From IMG/VR virus record IMGVR_UViG_3300028625_000001, positions 50,725 through 114,724 of that record: DNA of 64,000 nucleotides; one strand, written 5' to 3'. The stretch's first letter is position 1, and every line of letters begins with the position of its first letter. The position numbers and the translations under genes are program-made. Below, piece by piece: positions 36,988 through 45,334 of the stretch. The stretch is from a virus. The notes beneath the pieces were generated by a model. That model was given only the letters and a program-made list of their open reading frames with translations, searched no databases and had not been told where the DNA came from.

Positions 36988-37365
36988 CTAGCTCTTCAGA
37001 CCTGGCCTCCAGGAGAAAAGCTCCAACTTTTGGCAAGTCTCTTTGATTTTTTCGATTCTTTCCGGTATGTTAGAACTCCATTTGAAGATGCGGTAGAGCG
37101 ACAATAATCCTTTTGGGGTCTGGGAGTATATCATTACCTGGACTCCTAGCGAGTCGTCTTCTTTGAACTTCTTCCAGGATAACATCGTATGTGGATTACT
37201 TACGACAAGGTTTATTTGTTCTTCTAGTTTCTGGATGATGGACTCGACAGTTTCTCCCGCCGGAGGGTTGTTAATCCTGCCGTTTTCGATGCAAACCGCC
37301 GTTTCGGCTTCTTTAGAAAGGAGGTCGCTTTTTGCCAGACCTCCTTCAAAGGTGATAATAGACAT
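36988..37365 (-). CDS. Hypothetical protein, 125 aa
   Basis: ORF in the co-directional operon. Confidence 0.5.
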   Translation of the reverse strand: MSIITFEGGLAKSDLLSKEAETAVCIENGRINNPPAGETVESIIQKLEEQINLVVSNPHTMLSWKKFKEDDSLGVQVMIYSQTPKGLLSLYRIFKWSSNIPERIEKIKETCQKLELFSWRPGLKS

Positions 37366-37370
37366 GTATT

Positions 37371-38507
37371 CTATTTCAGATCCCTCCCGAACCAGTAAGT
37401 CGGCGTGGGGATATGATCCCCTGTGGTTATGGTAGACAGCACAAGCCCAAGATTAGCAACAAAACCCGTCGATTTATTCGTTGTATTGCAGGACACAGAG
37501 GTTGCGGGATGTTCTTCTTTTATGACATAGCTATCTATGACCGGGATATATATAAAATACAACAAGTGGTGAAGCAACGAGTAAAGCTGTGCCGTCTCTG
37601 GCGAGTAGGACCAGCGGATGACTTCTTTCAAGACAACCTGCAAAGAGGTTTTGAAGTCGTGAAAATTATCCCAGGGCAATTCTCGAAACATTTTAGGCAA
37701 TACAAACGAGATGTCTAAGACTGGATAATCCGGCGAAACCGTACCCTTCTTTTTGGTCATATACGGTACGTAAATATGAGTCCCGTCAAGTTTAGGAGGA
37801 TACCCCACCAGGAAGGTCAGATAGAAATATTGAGCTTCAGTAAGGGGGTATAGCATAGCCAGGTCCGATTCGTTCTCCGTCTCTGTCCCATACATGTATC
37901 TAATCATGTTATAGTGAGCATGTCTCTTTAACGAAGCGATCATGGGGAACGACCGCCGCTGGGGGGTCTCTCCGATCAAAAGACTTAAGATTTCGTTGTC
38001 CTCTCCGGGGAGTAAAGACTTAAAAGTATCCCCTTTCCATGAAAGACCTCTCAGTTTCACAGGGATTCTCCAGGGAGATTTCATCTTATGTGTTATAAAG
38101 TCGTAGTCAAAGAACTGCGCCGACAAAACATCAAGATGAGGGCGCCCAACATTAATATCTGTGTTATCTGAGTCAAGCCGACTTTTTTGACTCAGATAAG
38201 GAGTTCGGTACTTCATGTCAAGCGAAGTCATAAAACCCACGTTTTTGGCTTCATAACTCTTAACCATCATAGGGAACCCCATTACTAAAGACTGAACTCT
38301 CGAAGAATAGGGAATAGCAATCTTAGCTCCGTTGGCGAGACAAAGAACCGTCCACAAAGTCTCTTTTCTCCGGGAAAAGAAAAAATTTACAAAGTCCATG
38401 GCTGTGTTATACATCCCGATTCCTCTTTCACGGACTTTTTCACGGATAAGGTATGAGGCAAGACTATACATAGTTATAAACAGCGGAGAGTCGGCAAACA
38501 GAATCAA
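37371..38507 (-). CDS. Hypothetical protein, 378 aa
   Basis: TTG start 5 nt after GAAGGAG. No motif recognised. Confidence 0.6.
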   Translation of the reverse strand: MILFADSPLFITMYSLASYLIREKVRERGIGMYNTAMDFVNFFFSRRKETLWTVLCLANGAKIAIPYSSRVQSLVMGFPMMVKSYEAKNVGFMTSLDMKYRTPYLSQKSRLDSDNTDINVGRPHLDVLSAQFFDYDFITHKMKSPWRIPVKLRGLSWKGDTFKSLLPGEDNEILSLLIGETPQRRSFPMIASLKRHAHYNMIRYMYGTETENESDLAMLYPLTEAQYFYLTFLVGYPPKLDGTHIYVPYMTKKKGTVSPDYPVLDISFVLPKMFRELPWDNFHDFKTSLQVVLKEVIRWSYSPETAQLYSLLHHLLYFIYIPVIDSYVIKEEHPATSVSCNTTNKSTGFVANLGLVLSTITTGDHIPTPTYWFGRDLK

Positions 38508-38866
38508 GCTAACTCCTTCGAATACGAGCTATGTAACGACCTATACCAGGCCAACATTTCCGTCACCATTTCATGGTAATGCACAGCTCTCTCTATGGCA
38601 GTCTCAAGAGTCTCAACGTCGTTGTCGTGTCTTAAAGCTTCTTTTGCATCTGTTTTTGTGGACGCCTGCCGCGCATATTCCGCCTTCTTGTTGTTATAGA
38701 CAATTGTCCTCTTAGTCTTTAGCCTGGAAATGACGTCTATCAACTGGTCTTGTGCGACGAAAAGTTTTTCCACATCGCCTCTTACCTCTGATATGGATGA
38801 AGGAGTACGTATCGGGATTTCGACATTGTACTGTAGGTCGGAATCGATCTTAAAATTCCGAATCAC
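38504..38866 (-). CDS. Hypothetical protein, ~120 aa
   Basis: GTG at 38866 lies 9 nt after AAGGAGG. The track start (TTG 38875) abuts the SD. Confidence 0.5.
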   Translation of the reverse strand: MIRNFKIDSDLQYNVEIPIRTPSSISEVRGDVEKLFVAQDQLIDVISRLKTKRTIVYNNKKAEYARQASTKTDAKEALRHDNDVETLETAIERAVHYHEMVTEMLAWYRSLHSSYSKELA

Positions 38867-39242
38867 GGCGGGCAACCTCCTTCTTTAGCAATTCAATTAG
38901 TCCCATTTCATCAATACTCATGGCTTCTTTATAGTCCAGGATTATCAATCCAAGACCGTATTCTGTAAGCTCTCGCTTTATCCGGTCTCTTTCTTTCTGG
39001 TTAGAAAAATTAATCTTCCTGACCTCTTCAGAATTACCATGGAAGAACGGGACTTCTTCGTAATGCTGGTCTCCCTGTATCTCAATCGCTACCTTAAAAG
39101 TAGGAAGGTAGAGGTCGAAAAACAACCTCTGACCTTCCGTTTTGACAAAGTATTCAGTTTCGATCGCCGTAGAAGGGAGAGCCTTGGATAGCAGTTTGTA
39201 GATACGTCTTTCGGCTTTAGACCTAAATCCCTTCGCTGGCAC
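38850..39242 (-). CDS. Restriction-endonuclease-fold (DUF559/Vsr-like) endonuclease, 130 aa
   Basis: FFDLYLPTFKVAIEIQGDQH matches the D...(E/Q)xK-type core pattern of small stand-alone PD-(D/E)XK endonucleases. Confidence 0.55.
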   Translation of the reverse strand: MPAKGFRSKAERRIYKLLSKALPSTAIETEYFVKTEGQRLFFDLYLPTFKVAIEIQGDQHYEEVPFFHGNSEEVRKINFSNQKERDRIKRELTEYGLGLIILDYKEAMSIDEMGLIELLKKEVARRDSEF

Positions 39243-39245
39243 GAC

Positions 39246-39518
39246 TTACTCCTTGGTGAGCCGTTTCTTTTTCCCCTGAATCAGTTCCCAGATACCTTCG
39301 AGGTATTTCTCGCAAGCTTCCTTGCTTCCCGCGAAAAGGAGCTGTGAATTGACATTTTTCTCGTCGATCTTCGACCTCCACCACGCAATCACGGTGTGGA
39401 TTTCTTTTGCCTCTTCTTCAGGGTTCTCCTTGTTTTTAAGCTTCCCTTTGGTAATTTGTAGCCCGTCGAAGTTGGCAATATTTACCATATTCTTTTGCTG
39501 ATCTCTGATATAAAACAT
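39246..39518 (-). CDS. Hypothetical protein, 90 aa
   Basis: AGGAGGAC SD. Confidence 0.55.
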   Translation of the reverse strand: MFYIRDQQKNMVNIANFDGLQITKGKLKNKENPEEEAKEIHTVIAWWRSKIDEKNVNSQLLFAGSKEACEKYLEGIWELIQGKKKRLTKE

Positions 39519-39532
39519 GCGTCCTCCTTAAT

Positions 39533-39931
39533 CTAAGTGTTGCGAAGAGCGTTTACGACCGCCCTGAACAAGTGATCTTTGACTTTTTCCGTCTCAGGCA
39601 AGTCTTTGTATGGGATCAGAGACGGATGTGTTTTCTTATCGATGTTCTTTTCTTCCCCATATGTCCAGCCAGTGCCTAGTTTGAAATATACCCAATTATC
39701 ATGAAGTTCCTCCGGCGATATCTCCGGGTAGTTTAATGCCTGCTCCACTCCGACCTTTGTAGAACCGGTTTGCCAGCTCGGAGCATCTTCCCATGAAGGA
39801 ACGTCCTCCCCTGTAATAGCCTTGATATAGGCTCTATTGACTTCATGGCAAACCTTTGCTATCTGCTCGATCTTGTCTAGCCGCTTTTCTTCTTTGGTCT
39901 TTTCTCTTACTTGTTCACAAGTCTCGTCCAT
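39533..39931 (-). CDS. RyR-domain protein, 132 aa
   Basis: HDNWVYFKLGTGWTYGEEKNIDKKTHPSLIPYKDLPETEKVKDHLFRAVVNAL matches the ryanodine-receptor Ryr repeat pattern (W..K...GW.YG......K.HP.L.PY..L.E..K..D). Confidence 0.65.
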   Translation of the reverse strand: MDETCEQVREKTKEEKRLDKIEQIAKVCHEVNRAYIKAITGEDVPSWEDAPSWQTGSTKVGVEQALNYPEISPEELHDNWVYFKLGTGWTYGEEKNIDKKTHPSLIPYKDLPETEKVKDHLFRAVVNALRNT

Positions 39932-39941
39932 TTACTGCTCC

Positions 39942-40391
39942 CTATTTGCCTGAGCTACCGAAACCTTTAGTTCCGCGTTCGGTGTTTTCAATTTTGTCTA
40001 TCGGTAAGTATTCATCATCTGTCAAGCAGGGGATTACAATAAGCTGTGCGACTTTATCTCCTTTGGAGATGTATACGGGCGTGTGCGACGCGTTATAAAG
40101 TATTACCCGGACCTCCCCTCTATAATCGGAGTCTATTACCCCTGCCCTAGTGTCAAGTTTCTGTTTTACTGCCAGTCCGCTTCTTGGTTTTATTAGCCCT
40201 ACGTACCCGGTAGGAATAGCTAAATACACCTTTGTAGAGATTATTGCCTGGTCAAAAGGAAGTATTTTGTAGCTCATCGTGCTATACAGGTCTAGTCCCG
40301 CGGCTTCTTCATACGCCCTGCTTGGCTTTATTGCTCCTTCTTCTAGGTATATTTTCAGTTTTGGTCTCTTTCTCCAATTCCACAATCTCAT
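39942..40391 (-). CDS. dut: dUTP diphosphatase, 149 aa
   Basis: Motifs AAGLDLYS, RSGLAVK, GVIDSDYRGEV, GDKVAQLIV and RGTKGFGSSG. ATG 40391 is preceded by GAGGAGGTGG. Confidence 0.88.
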   Translation of the reverse strand: MRLWNWRKRPKLKIYLEEGAIKPSRAYEEAAGLDLYSTMSYKILPFDQAIISTKVYLAIPTGYVGLIKPRSGLAVKQKLDTRAGVIDSDYRGEVRVILYNASHTPVYISKGDKVAQLIVIPCLTDDEYLPIDKIENTERGTKGFGSSGK

Positions 40392-41310
40392 TAACCACCT
40401 CCTCTTCCGGGTATTGTTTTTTGACTTCATTCATAAAGGTGTCAACATCGCCATACTTCTCTTTCAAAAGCGAAACGAAGCCAAGCTGACCATGGGCTCT
40501 ATATTCCTCTTCTTCAATCTTGATCGAGTAATAAGAACCTCCCCGCTTAAGAAGGTCTCTGGTACTTATATAATCGACGGCAGACAACCAGCGTGAATAC
40601 GGCCCCGTCCTCGATTTATACAATGCGACCTCAGCACCTTCGGTGTTTAGTCTCGACTTCTTGACTGCGACATTGATGTATTTGAAGTCTTTATTTCCCT
40701 TAGCTCTGTCTTCCTTCATATATAGGACATGAGAGGAATAGAACTCGATAGCCGCCCCGCCGGGCATATGCTTGCCGTGATAACCAATATTCTCCCTAAG
40801 TTGGTTTATCAACAAGATAATCATTCTTTTCTTGTTGGCTATGGGGGTGAAGCGCTGGAGCATACTGGTTGCTAACTTTGCCAGCGAGGCTACCTTATCC
40901 CCTTCTTGAAAACTTCTACTAAGTGCGTCCTGGGGAGTCATGGCGGCAACTGAGTCAATTATCAAGATGTAGTAGTCTTCTAGTAGGATTTTCTTCTGTA
41001 TCTCATCCAACATTTCTTCGGCTGCGCCTTCGGGAATAAGGATAGAAAAGTCCTTGTTTTTAACCACTCCCAAAGACTCCATGTATTGTAAATGTGGGCG
41101 GGCTTCGATAGAAACATAAAGAGTCTTTTTGCCTCGTTTCTGTGCTAACGCCGCAAAGTGCACACAAAAACTACTCTTACCGGATTTGGCTTCTCCAACG
41201 ATAGTGTTGGAAGAACCTTCTATGAATCCCCCGCCCATTGCATAATCAAGATTAGGGAATCCGGTAGAGACTTTTTTAATATCTTCGTATTCGTCAAGAG
41301 TTATTATCAC
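40309..41310 (-). CDS. RecA-family recombinase/ATPase, 333 aa
   Basis: GTG start after GGTGGAGG. Collinear with RecA: STGFPNLDYAMGGG, Walker A GEAKSGKS, IIDSVAAM, ILLINQLRENIG and MPGGAAIEFYSS. Confidence 0.8.
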   Translation of the reverse strand: MIITLDEYEDIKKVSTGFPNLDYAMGGGFIEGSSNTIVGEAKSGKSSFCVHFAALAQKRGKKTLYVSIEARPHLQYMESLGVVKNKDFSILIPEGAAEEMLDEIQKKILLEDYYILIIDSVAAMTPQDALSRSFQEGDKVASLAKLATSMLQRFTPIANKKRMIILLINQLRENIGYHGKHMPGGAAIEFYSSHVLYMKEDRAKGNKDFKYINVAVKKSRLNTEGAEVALYKSRTGPYSRWLSAVDYISTRDLLKRGGSYYSIKIEEEEYRAHGQLGFVSLLKEKYGDVDTFMNEVKKQYPEEEVVNEIVELEKETKTENIPRRRSNKAKQGV

Positions 41311-42154
41311 CGTTCCGCCTCCACCAATCCCGTAAATAAGCTATCGCGTCCCACTCGCTATACCCCTTCGATTCCGTTATTATGTCGATAACATCACGTC
41401 CCTTCTTGCGGCAACCTTCGGCAAAACAGATATATAGCCAGCCATCGATGTTGTTGTATATCGCCGCCGAAGGTCGGGAATCTTCATGAAAGAGACACCT
41501 GAATTGCCTCCTCTCAGGAACGTATATCCCGAACTCGCTTTTAATTAGGTCTTGCATATTGATTGTTTTTCTGACTTTTTCTCTCGTGGATTGCCGGGCC
41601 TCTTCTTCGGGGGTCAATTCTTTTTCCGGTTTGGGTTCTCTCTTCCCTAAACCATACACCGAGTCTATATCGACATAAGAGTAGGTAAAAGGAGAGGGTT
41701 TGCCGCTCTGGTCGAGGAAACAGCTCCATTTTCCCCATCGATGTTTACCAAGGGGGAGTTTAATAAGAGAGCCAAGAGATCCCGGAGCAATCAAGTTCTG
41801 TTTCGGAAATATCTCACAGGAGACTTGTCCCCTGACTGGAGGTCGTAAATGTTCGGGCAGAACATAGTAAAGTGCTTCACGCCATACAACCGCGGGGAGC
41901 GGCCTTTCGGCAAAGAACCAGAGATGAAAACCTCGACGGCCCGAGAACTCTAAAGAAGAAGGCAACCCCAACACATCAAATCTTTTCTGGATTATTTTGG
42001 CTATTTCAAAAGTCTCCCTTAAGTCTATCTCCGTGTCTATGTCTATAACAGCGCTGGAAGTAAGCTGTTCGTGGACCAGATAACAACCGACTGTTTCCAG
42101 CCCACGAACATGCCTGAGTAGAACTTCTTTGGTTAAAGGTTCCCTGACGGCCAT
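41294..42154 (-). CDS. Archaeo-eukaryotic-type primase (prim-pol) fused to a CHC2 zinc finger, 286 aa
   Basis: AEP motifs AVIDID (DxD), SGRRGFHLWFF (sGxGxH) and IKLPLGKH. C-terminal CLFHEDSRPSAAIY...CFAEGC is a DnaG-type CHC2 finger. Confidence 0.7.
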   Translation of the reverse strand: MAVREPLTKEVLLRHVRGLETVGCYLVHEQLTSSAVIDIDTEIDLRETFEIAKIIQKRFDVLGLPSSLEFSGRRGFHLWFFAERPLPAVVWREALYYVLPEHLRPPVRGQVSCEIFPKQNLIAPGSLGSLIKLPLGKHRWGKWSCFLDQSGKPSPFTYSYVDIDSVYGLGKREPKPEKELTPEEEARQSTREKVRKTINMQDLIKSEFGIYVPERRQFRCLFHEDSRPSAAIYNNIDGWLYICFAEGCRKKGRDVIDIITESKGYSEWDAIAYLRDWWRRNGDNNS

Positions 42155-42227
42155 ATAGCCGTGTTCAGGACGCTGAATGGCATACGAATCTAGTCTGGGA
42201 GAAAGAACTTCTATAAAACGCTGGAAC

Positions 42228-42647
42228 TCAAAAAGGCAGGGTGTCTCCTCCGTCGTCTCCGTCTTCGCCTATATCGAAGTCGTCTTCAACGCTGGCTTGT
42301 GCGGACTCCTGCGATCTATAACCGGAGTTATATCCTCCGCCACCAGACCTTGGTTTCTCCGCAGGCGACTCGCCACTGACTCTAGGGTTAACCCCTAGGA
42401 CATCTATTTCATCGACGAAGTGAGTGATTTGTCCGTTCTTGCTGGGACCTGGTTCGTCATAACTCCTGATCGATACGACATATCCAACTTTCAATTTTAG
42501 TTTGGGGTTCATCTGGATAACGTTGATCGATTTTGCGACACCTTTGCGGTTCTTCGCCTCAAGAGTTATCAAGGCCATAGGTGTCCCATTCTTCGATTTT
42601 GCGGATCTTACGTTGGTTATTACCCCTGAATATTCATTTAGTATCAA
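42228..42647 (-). CDS. ssb: Single-stranded DNA-binding protein, 139 aa
   Basis: TTG start 7 nt after AAGGAGG. OB-fold-sized N-terminal domain, Gly-rich linker and acidic tail ending DDGGDTLPF. Confidence 0.75.
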   Translation of the reverse strand: MILNEYSGVITNVRSAKSKNGTPMALITLEAKNRKGVAKSINVIQMNPKLKLKVGYVVSIRSYDEPGPSKNGQITHFVDEIDVLGVNPRVSGESPAEKPRSGGGGYNSGYRSQESAQASVEDDFDIGEDGDDGGDTLPF

Positions 42648-42659
42648 GGTATTGCCTCC

Positions 42660-43880
42660 TTAGACGTTAATAGTGTCCGTTCTAGCGAGGTCTTCGTCGG
42701 CCTCGACAATTGTAAAGGTGGGAAGGTTCAGCTCAAAATCTAACAGTCCGGTTCCTCCGCCCCTGTTTTTCGCTACTATGAGTTCGAGAGGTACTATTTC
42801 CTCTTCTGTCAGTCTCATAGATTCAAAGTCGAAGTAATCATCTCTGTGTAAGAGAAATATCATGTAGGCCGCTTGTTCAATCGCGCCGGACTCTCTCAGG
42901 TCCGACATCTTGGGTCTTTTGTCCGTTCGTTTTGAGTAATCCCTGTTGAGTTGGGATATAAGTATCATGGGAACATCAAAGTCTTTGGCTATGGCCTTCA
43001 AGCCATAGGTTATTCTCCCGATTCGCAACGCTTCAGATTCATTCTTTTTGGCCGGGTCGTTCATAAGTTGGAGGTAGTCTACTATGACTAAACCTGGTTT
43101 CTGTTTTCGGCAAAAGCTCGATAGCCTTGCTCGCACTTGCCCGACCGTAAGCTGAGAGGAGTCATCGCAGTATATATTTCTAATACACGTCTTATAAAGA
43201 CGGTCAATATCCTCTTTTTTCAGCCGGTGGGCTTTAATTTCCCGATGGGGTATGCCCGACCTAATACTTAGAGTTCTTTCAAATAGTTCCCTTTTTGTCA
43301 TCTCGATGCTAAAAAATAGCACCGGCTTTTGTGAACGGATCGCAACGTTAAGTCCAAATGTAGTTTTTCCTAGTCCTGGAGCGGCTGCTACAATTATCAG
43401 TTGTCCTCTTGGCATACCTAATGTGAATTTATCAAGAAGGTCATAACCAAAAGGTAAAGTTTCAATAAGTTGGGGGACCGCATACTCGTCAAGGATTTTT
43501 TCTTTGAGATCTTCGAGGTTGACCACTTCTTCAGTTCTTTCCTGAAGTATCTGGTCTATGTAAGACTGAACCGATGTCAGGTCGTCCACTTCGTCTATGT
43601 ATTCCCGGAGCTTTTGTCGATGAAAGTCTTGTCTGAACTCACCGACCAACCAGGAAAAGTCAACAGGCCCGTATTGTTCGTTTAGGGGTTCTTCCAACCA
43701 CTTAACGGTAATCTTCTCTTTGACCTTATTTCTGACTTGTTCGAGTGTTGACGACGTGGATATCGCCTCGGGGAACTCATGGTATATTCCAAGCGATTGC
43801 GGCGGCAGGGACAACAGACTTGTCAGATCAATCTTGTTGCGGTATTGCCATGCCAGTTTTAAGAGTTCAACAGCGTTCAT
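42660..43880 (-). CDS. dnaB: Replicative DNA helicase DnaB-type, 406 aa
   Basis: ATG 43880 is preceded by AGGAGGCTTA. Walker A AAPGLGKTTF, IVDYLQLM and PMILISQLNR. Confidence 0.88.
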   Translation of the reverse strand: MNAVELLKLAWQYRNKIDLTSLLSLPPQSLGIYHEFPEAISTSSTLEQVRNKVKEKITVKWLEEPLNEQYGPVDFSWLVGEFRQDFHRQKLREYIDEVDDLTSVQSYIDQILQERTEEVVNLEDLKEKILDEYAVPQLIETLPFGYDLLDKFTLGMPRGQLIIVAAAPGLGKTTFGLNVAIRSQKPVLFFSIEMTKRELFERTLSIRSGIPHREIKAHRLKKEDIDRLYKTCIRNIYCDDSSQLTVGQVRARLSSFCRKQKPGLVIVDYLQLMNDPAKKNESEALRIGRITYGLKAIAKDFDVPMILISQLNRDYSKRTDKRPKMSDLRESGAIEQAAYMIFLLHRDDYFDFESMRLTEEEIVPLELIVAKNRGGGTGLLDFELNLPTFTIVEADEDLARTDTINV

Positions 43881-44178
43881 TAAGCCTCCTGAATTGGAGC
43901 TGTGTCTTCTTCTTGAGAAATTCTCTTTGCCTTTTAGCCGTCTCTTGGATCTCAAGTTGTTCTTTCGCTTCCTGAATAAGGCTGATGAAGAGCCCGCGGA
44001 GTCCTTCAGGGGGATAGAGTCTCGCAACCCTTTCCAGAGTCATCAAAGCCCGTCTTACCGGCGCTTCTCCGTGTTCATTCAAGAGCTTGCCGACAAAACC
44101 GTAATCGGCCCTGGCGTTTTGCCAACCATCGACTGTCCTCAACATTTCAACAAGCTTGGCTATGAGTTCTTTGCTCAA
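43867..44178 (-). CDS. Hypothetical protein next to the helicase, 103 aa
   Basis: ORF overlaps both neighbours by a few nt. No motif recognised. Confidence 0.5.
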   Translation of the reverse strand: MSKELIAKLVEMLRTVDGWQNARADYGFVGKLLNEHGEAPVRRALMTLERVARLYPPEGLRGLFISLIQEAKEQLEIQETAKRQREFLKKKTQLQFRRLNERC

Positions 44179-44486
44179 GAGTTCTCCTTCCCGAGCTCGA
44201 TCTCGATGTCAATATCGACTTGTTCAGGGAGCTTGCGCCGATTGCTGGCAGTTGCATAACTCTTTTTCGGATGAATCTCCCGTAACTCCTTCGGCAAATA
44301 CCATGTCACCCGACCATTGCGAACCTTGAACGCTCCGAGGTACGGCACAGAAACCGTATTACCCGTCTTGACCAGAAACGATATGTCTTTGAAGGTTGCA
44401 TAGAGAACTTCCCGGACTTTCTCCGCCGCCACCCCCGAAAGAATAGCTATCCGGTCCACATAATTCACAAAGGACGAATTTCTCAA
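44175..44486 (-). CDS. HU/IHF-like DNA-binding protein, 103 aa
   Basis: FVNYVDRIAILSGVAAEKVREVLYATFKDISFLVKTGNTVSVPYLGAFKV follows the HU fold pattern (helix-helix, then G..V.L.GFG.F.V). TTG start. First gene downstream of the leftward promoter. Confidence 0.55.
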   Translation of the reverse strand: MRNSSFVNYVDRIAILSGVAAEKVREVLYATFKDISFLVKTGNTVSVPYLGAFKVRNGRVTWYLPKELREIHPKKSYATASNRRKLPEQVDIDIEIELGKENS

Positions 44487-44535
44487 ATGTGCACCGCCTA
44501 TTCGAATGTCAATGACCTCGCATCGCTACAAACCC

Positions 44536-44564
44536 ATCATAGCATGGAGGTCTAAATCTGTCAA
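44536..44564 (-). promoter_or_regulatory. Leftward sigma70-type promoter
   Basis: On the minus strand: CTTGACAGATT...; -35 TTGACA (44564-44559), 17-nt spacer, TGC-TATGAT extended -10 (44541-44536). About 45 nt upstream of the HU-like gene start. Confidence 0.7.
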
Positions 44565-44644
44565 GTCATATGTCAAAAATTCTTTTGTGCCTTTGTTTGT
44601 GCGGGTTGTATGCAATTCTGTCAAATAATCTTTTCTGAGAAGTC

Positions 44645-45046
44645 AAAAGTGATTTTTGCGATGGATAATTATCAGTTCGACCACAGTACCCTCAAATTCG
44701 CAAAATTTTGCCCCGCCATTGCATTTATACCCCCTAACCCATAACTTCTTACCCCCTTAAGTCAAAAATGCAAATACGAGGCATTTAATTGCGAAATAAA
44801 GGGTATTGATGTTTTTGTTGGTTTTTGCCTATGGCAGGTGGTCAAAAAAGTCAAATGTCTTCAAGTCGATTATCAGTTTCGGCAAGATACCCCCTAATTC
44901 GTGAAATATTGCCCCGTATTTGCAAGTTTACCCCCGAACCCTAGTATTTCTACCCCCGGAGGTAAAAAATGCAAAATTGAGGCATTATTTTGCGAATTTC
45001 AAGGTATCGGCTTTTTCGGCCCGGGTCGCTCGCGCGTTTTTCTTCC
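44645..45046 (+). repeat. Two tandem copies of a 201-bp non-coding unit
   Basis: Gapless register of 201 bp (for example ATTATCAGTT at 44668 and 44869; ATGCAAA at 44768 and 44969; TTGCGAA at 44789 and 44990). Roughly 70 percent identity over the ~150-bp core, with conserved blocks TACCCCC, TTGCCCCG, AAAAATGCAAA and GAGGCATT. Confidence 0.8.
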
Positions 45047-45057
45047 CCGTCAAAAGG

Positions 45058-45124
45058 TTTCTTCCCCTCCTCCCTCCCTCCCTTCTCCTTTCCCCCACAC
45101 CCCCTTTTCTTTGTCTTCTCTCCT
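45058..45124 (+). repeat. Polypyrimidine (C/T) tract
   Basis: 67 nt with only 3 purines, including a 39-nt uninterrupted run (45058-45096) with overlapping CCTCC motifs. Confidence 0.85.
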
Positions 45125-45202
45125 ACTGTCCTAACTTCCAAAAGTCAAAAAAGACAGTCAGTTCAAATAGTCGATAGTCAAGTGTAAGTGGGGATATGTT
45201 TT

Positions 45203-45221
45203 CCCCCGAAGGGGTTTTTTT
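45203..45221 (+). terminator. Weak candidate intrinsic terminator
   Basis: CCCC-CGAA-GGGG hairpin followed by T7. The T-run follows the hairpin only on the plus strand. Confidence 0.3.
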
Positions 45222-45334
45222 GCCTCTTAGTCTATTCTTGCCTTTACTTGGTTTCATTTTCTCTACCTGTCATTGCCTTACTTGGTTGGTTTTCCCTTTT
45301 ACGCCTGTTAATTTCACAGGGTTGGTTCGTCTTT

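Noticed and set aside
44661-44680. DnaA-box-like sequence (ATGGATAA within the palindrome GATAATTATC)
   Set aside because: It matches only 7 of 9 positions of the TGTGGATAA consensus, is a single occurrence, and is not conserved in the second copy of the 201-bp repeat.
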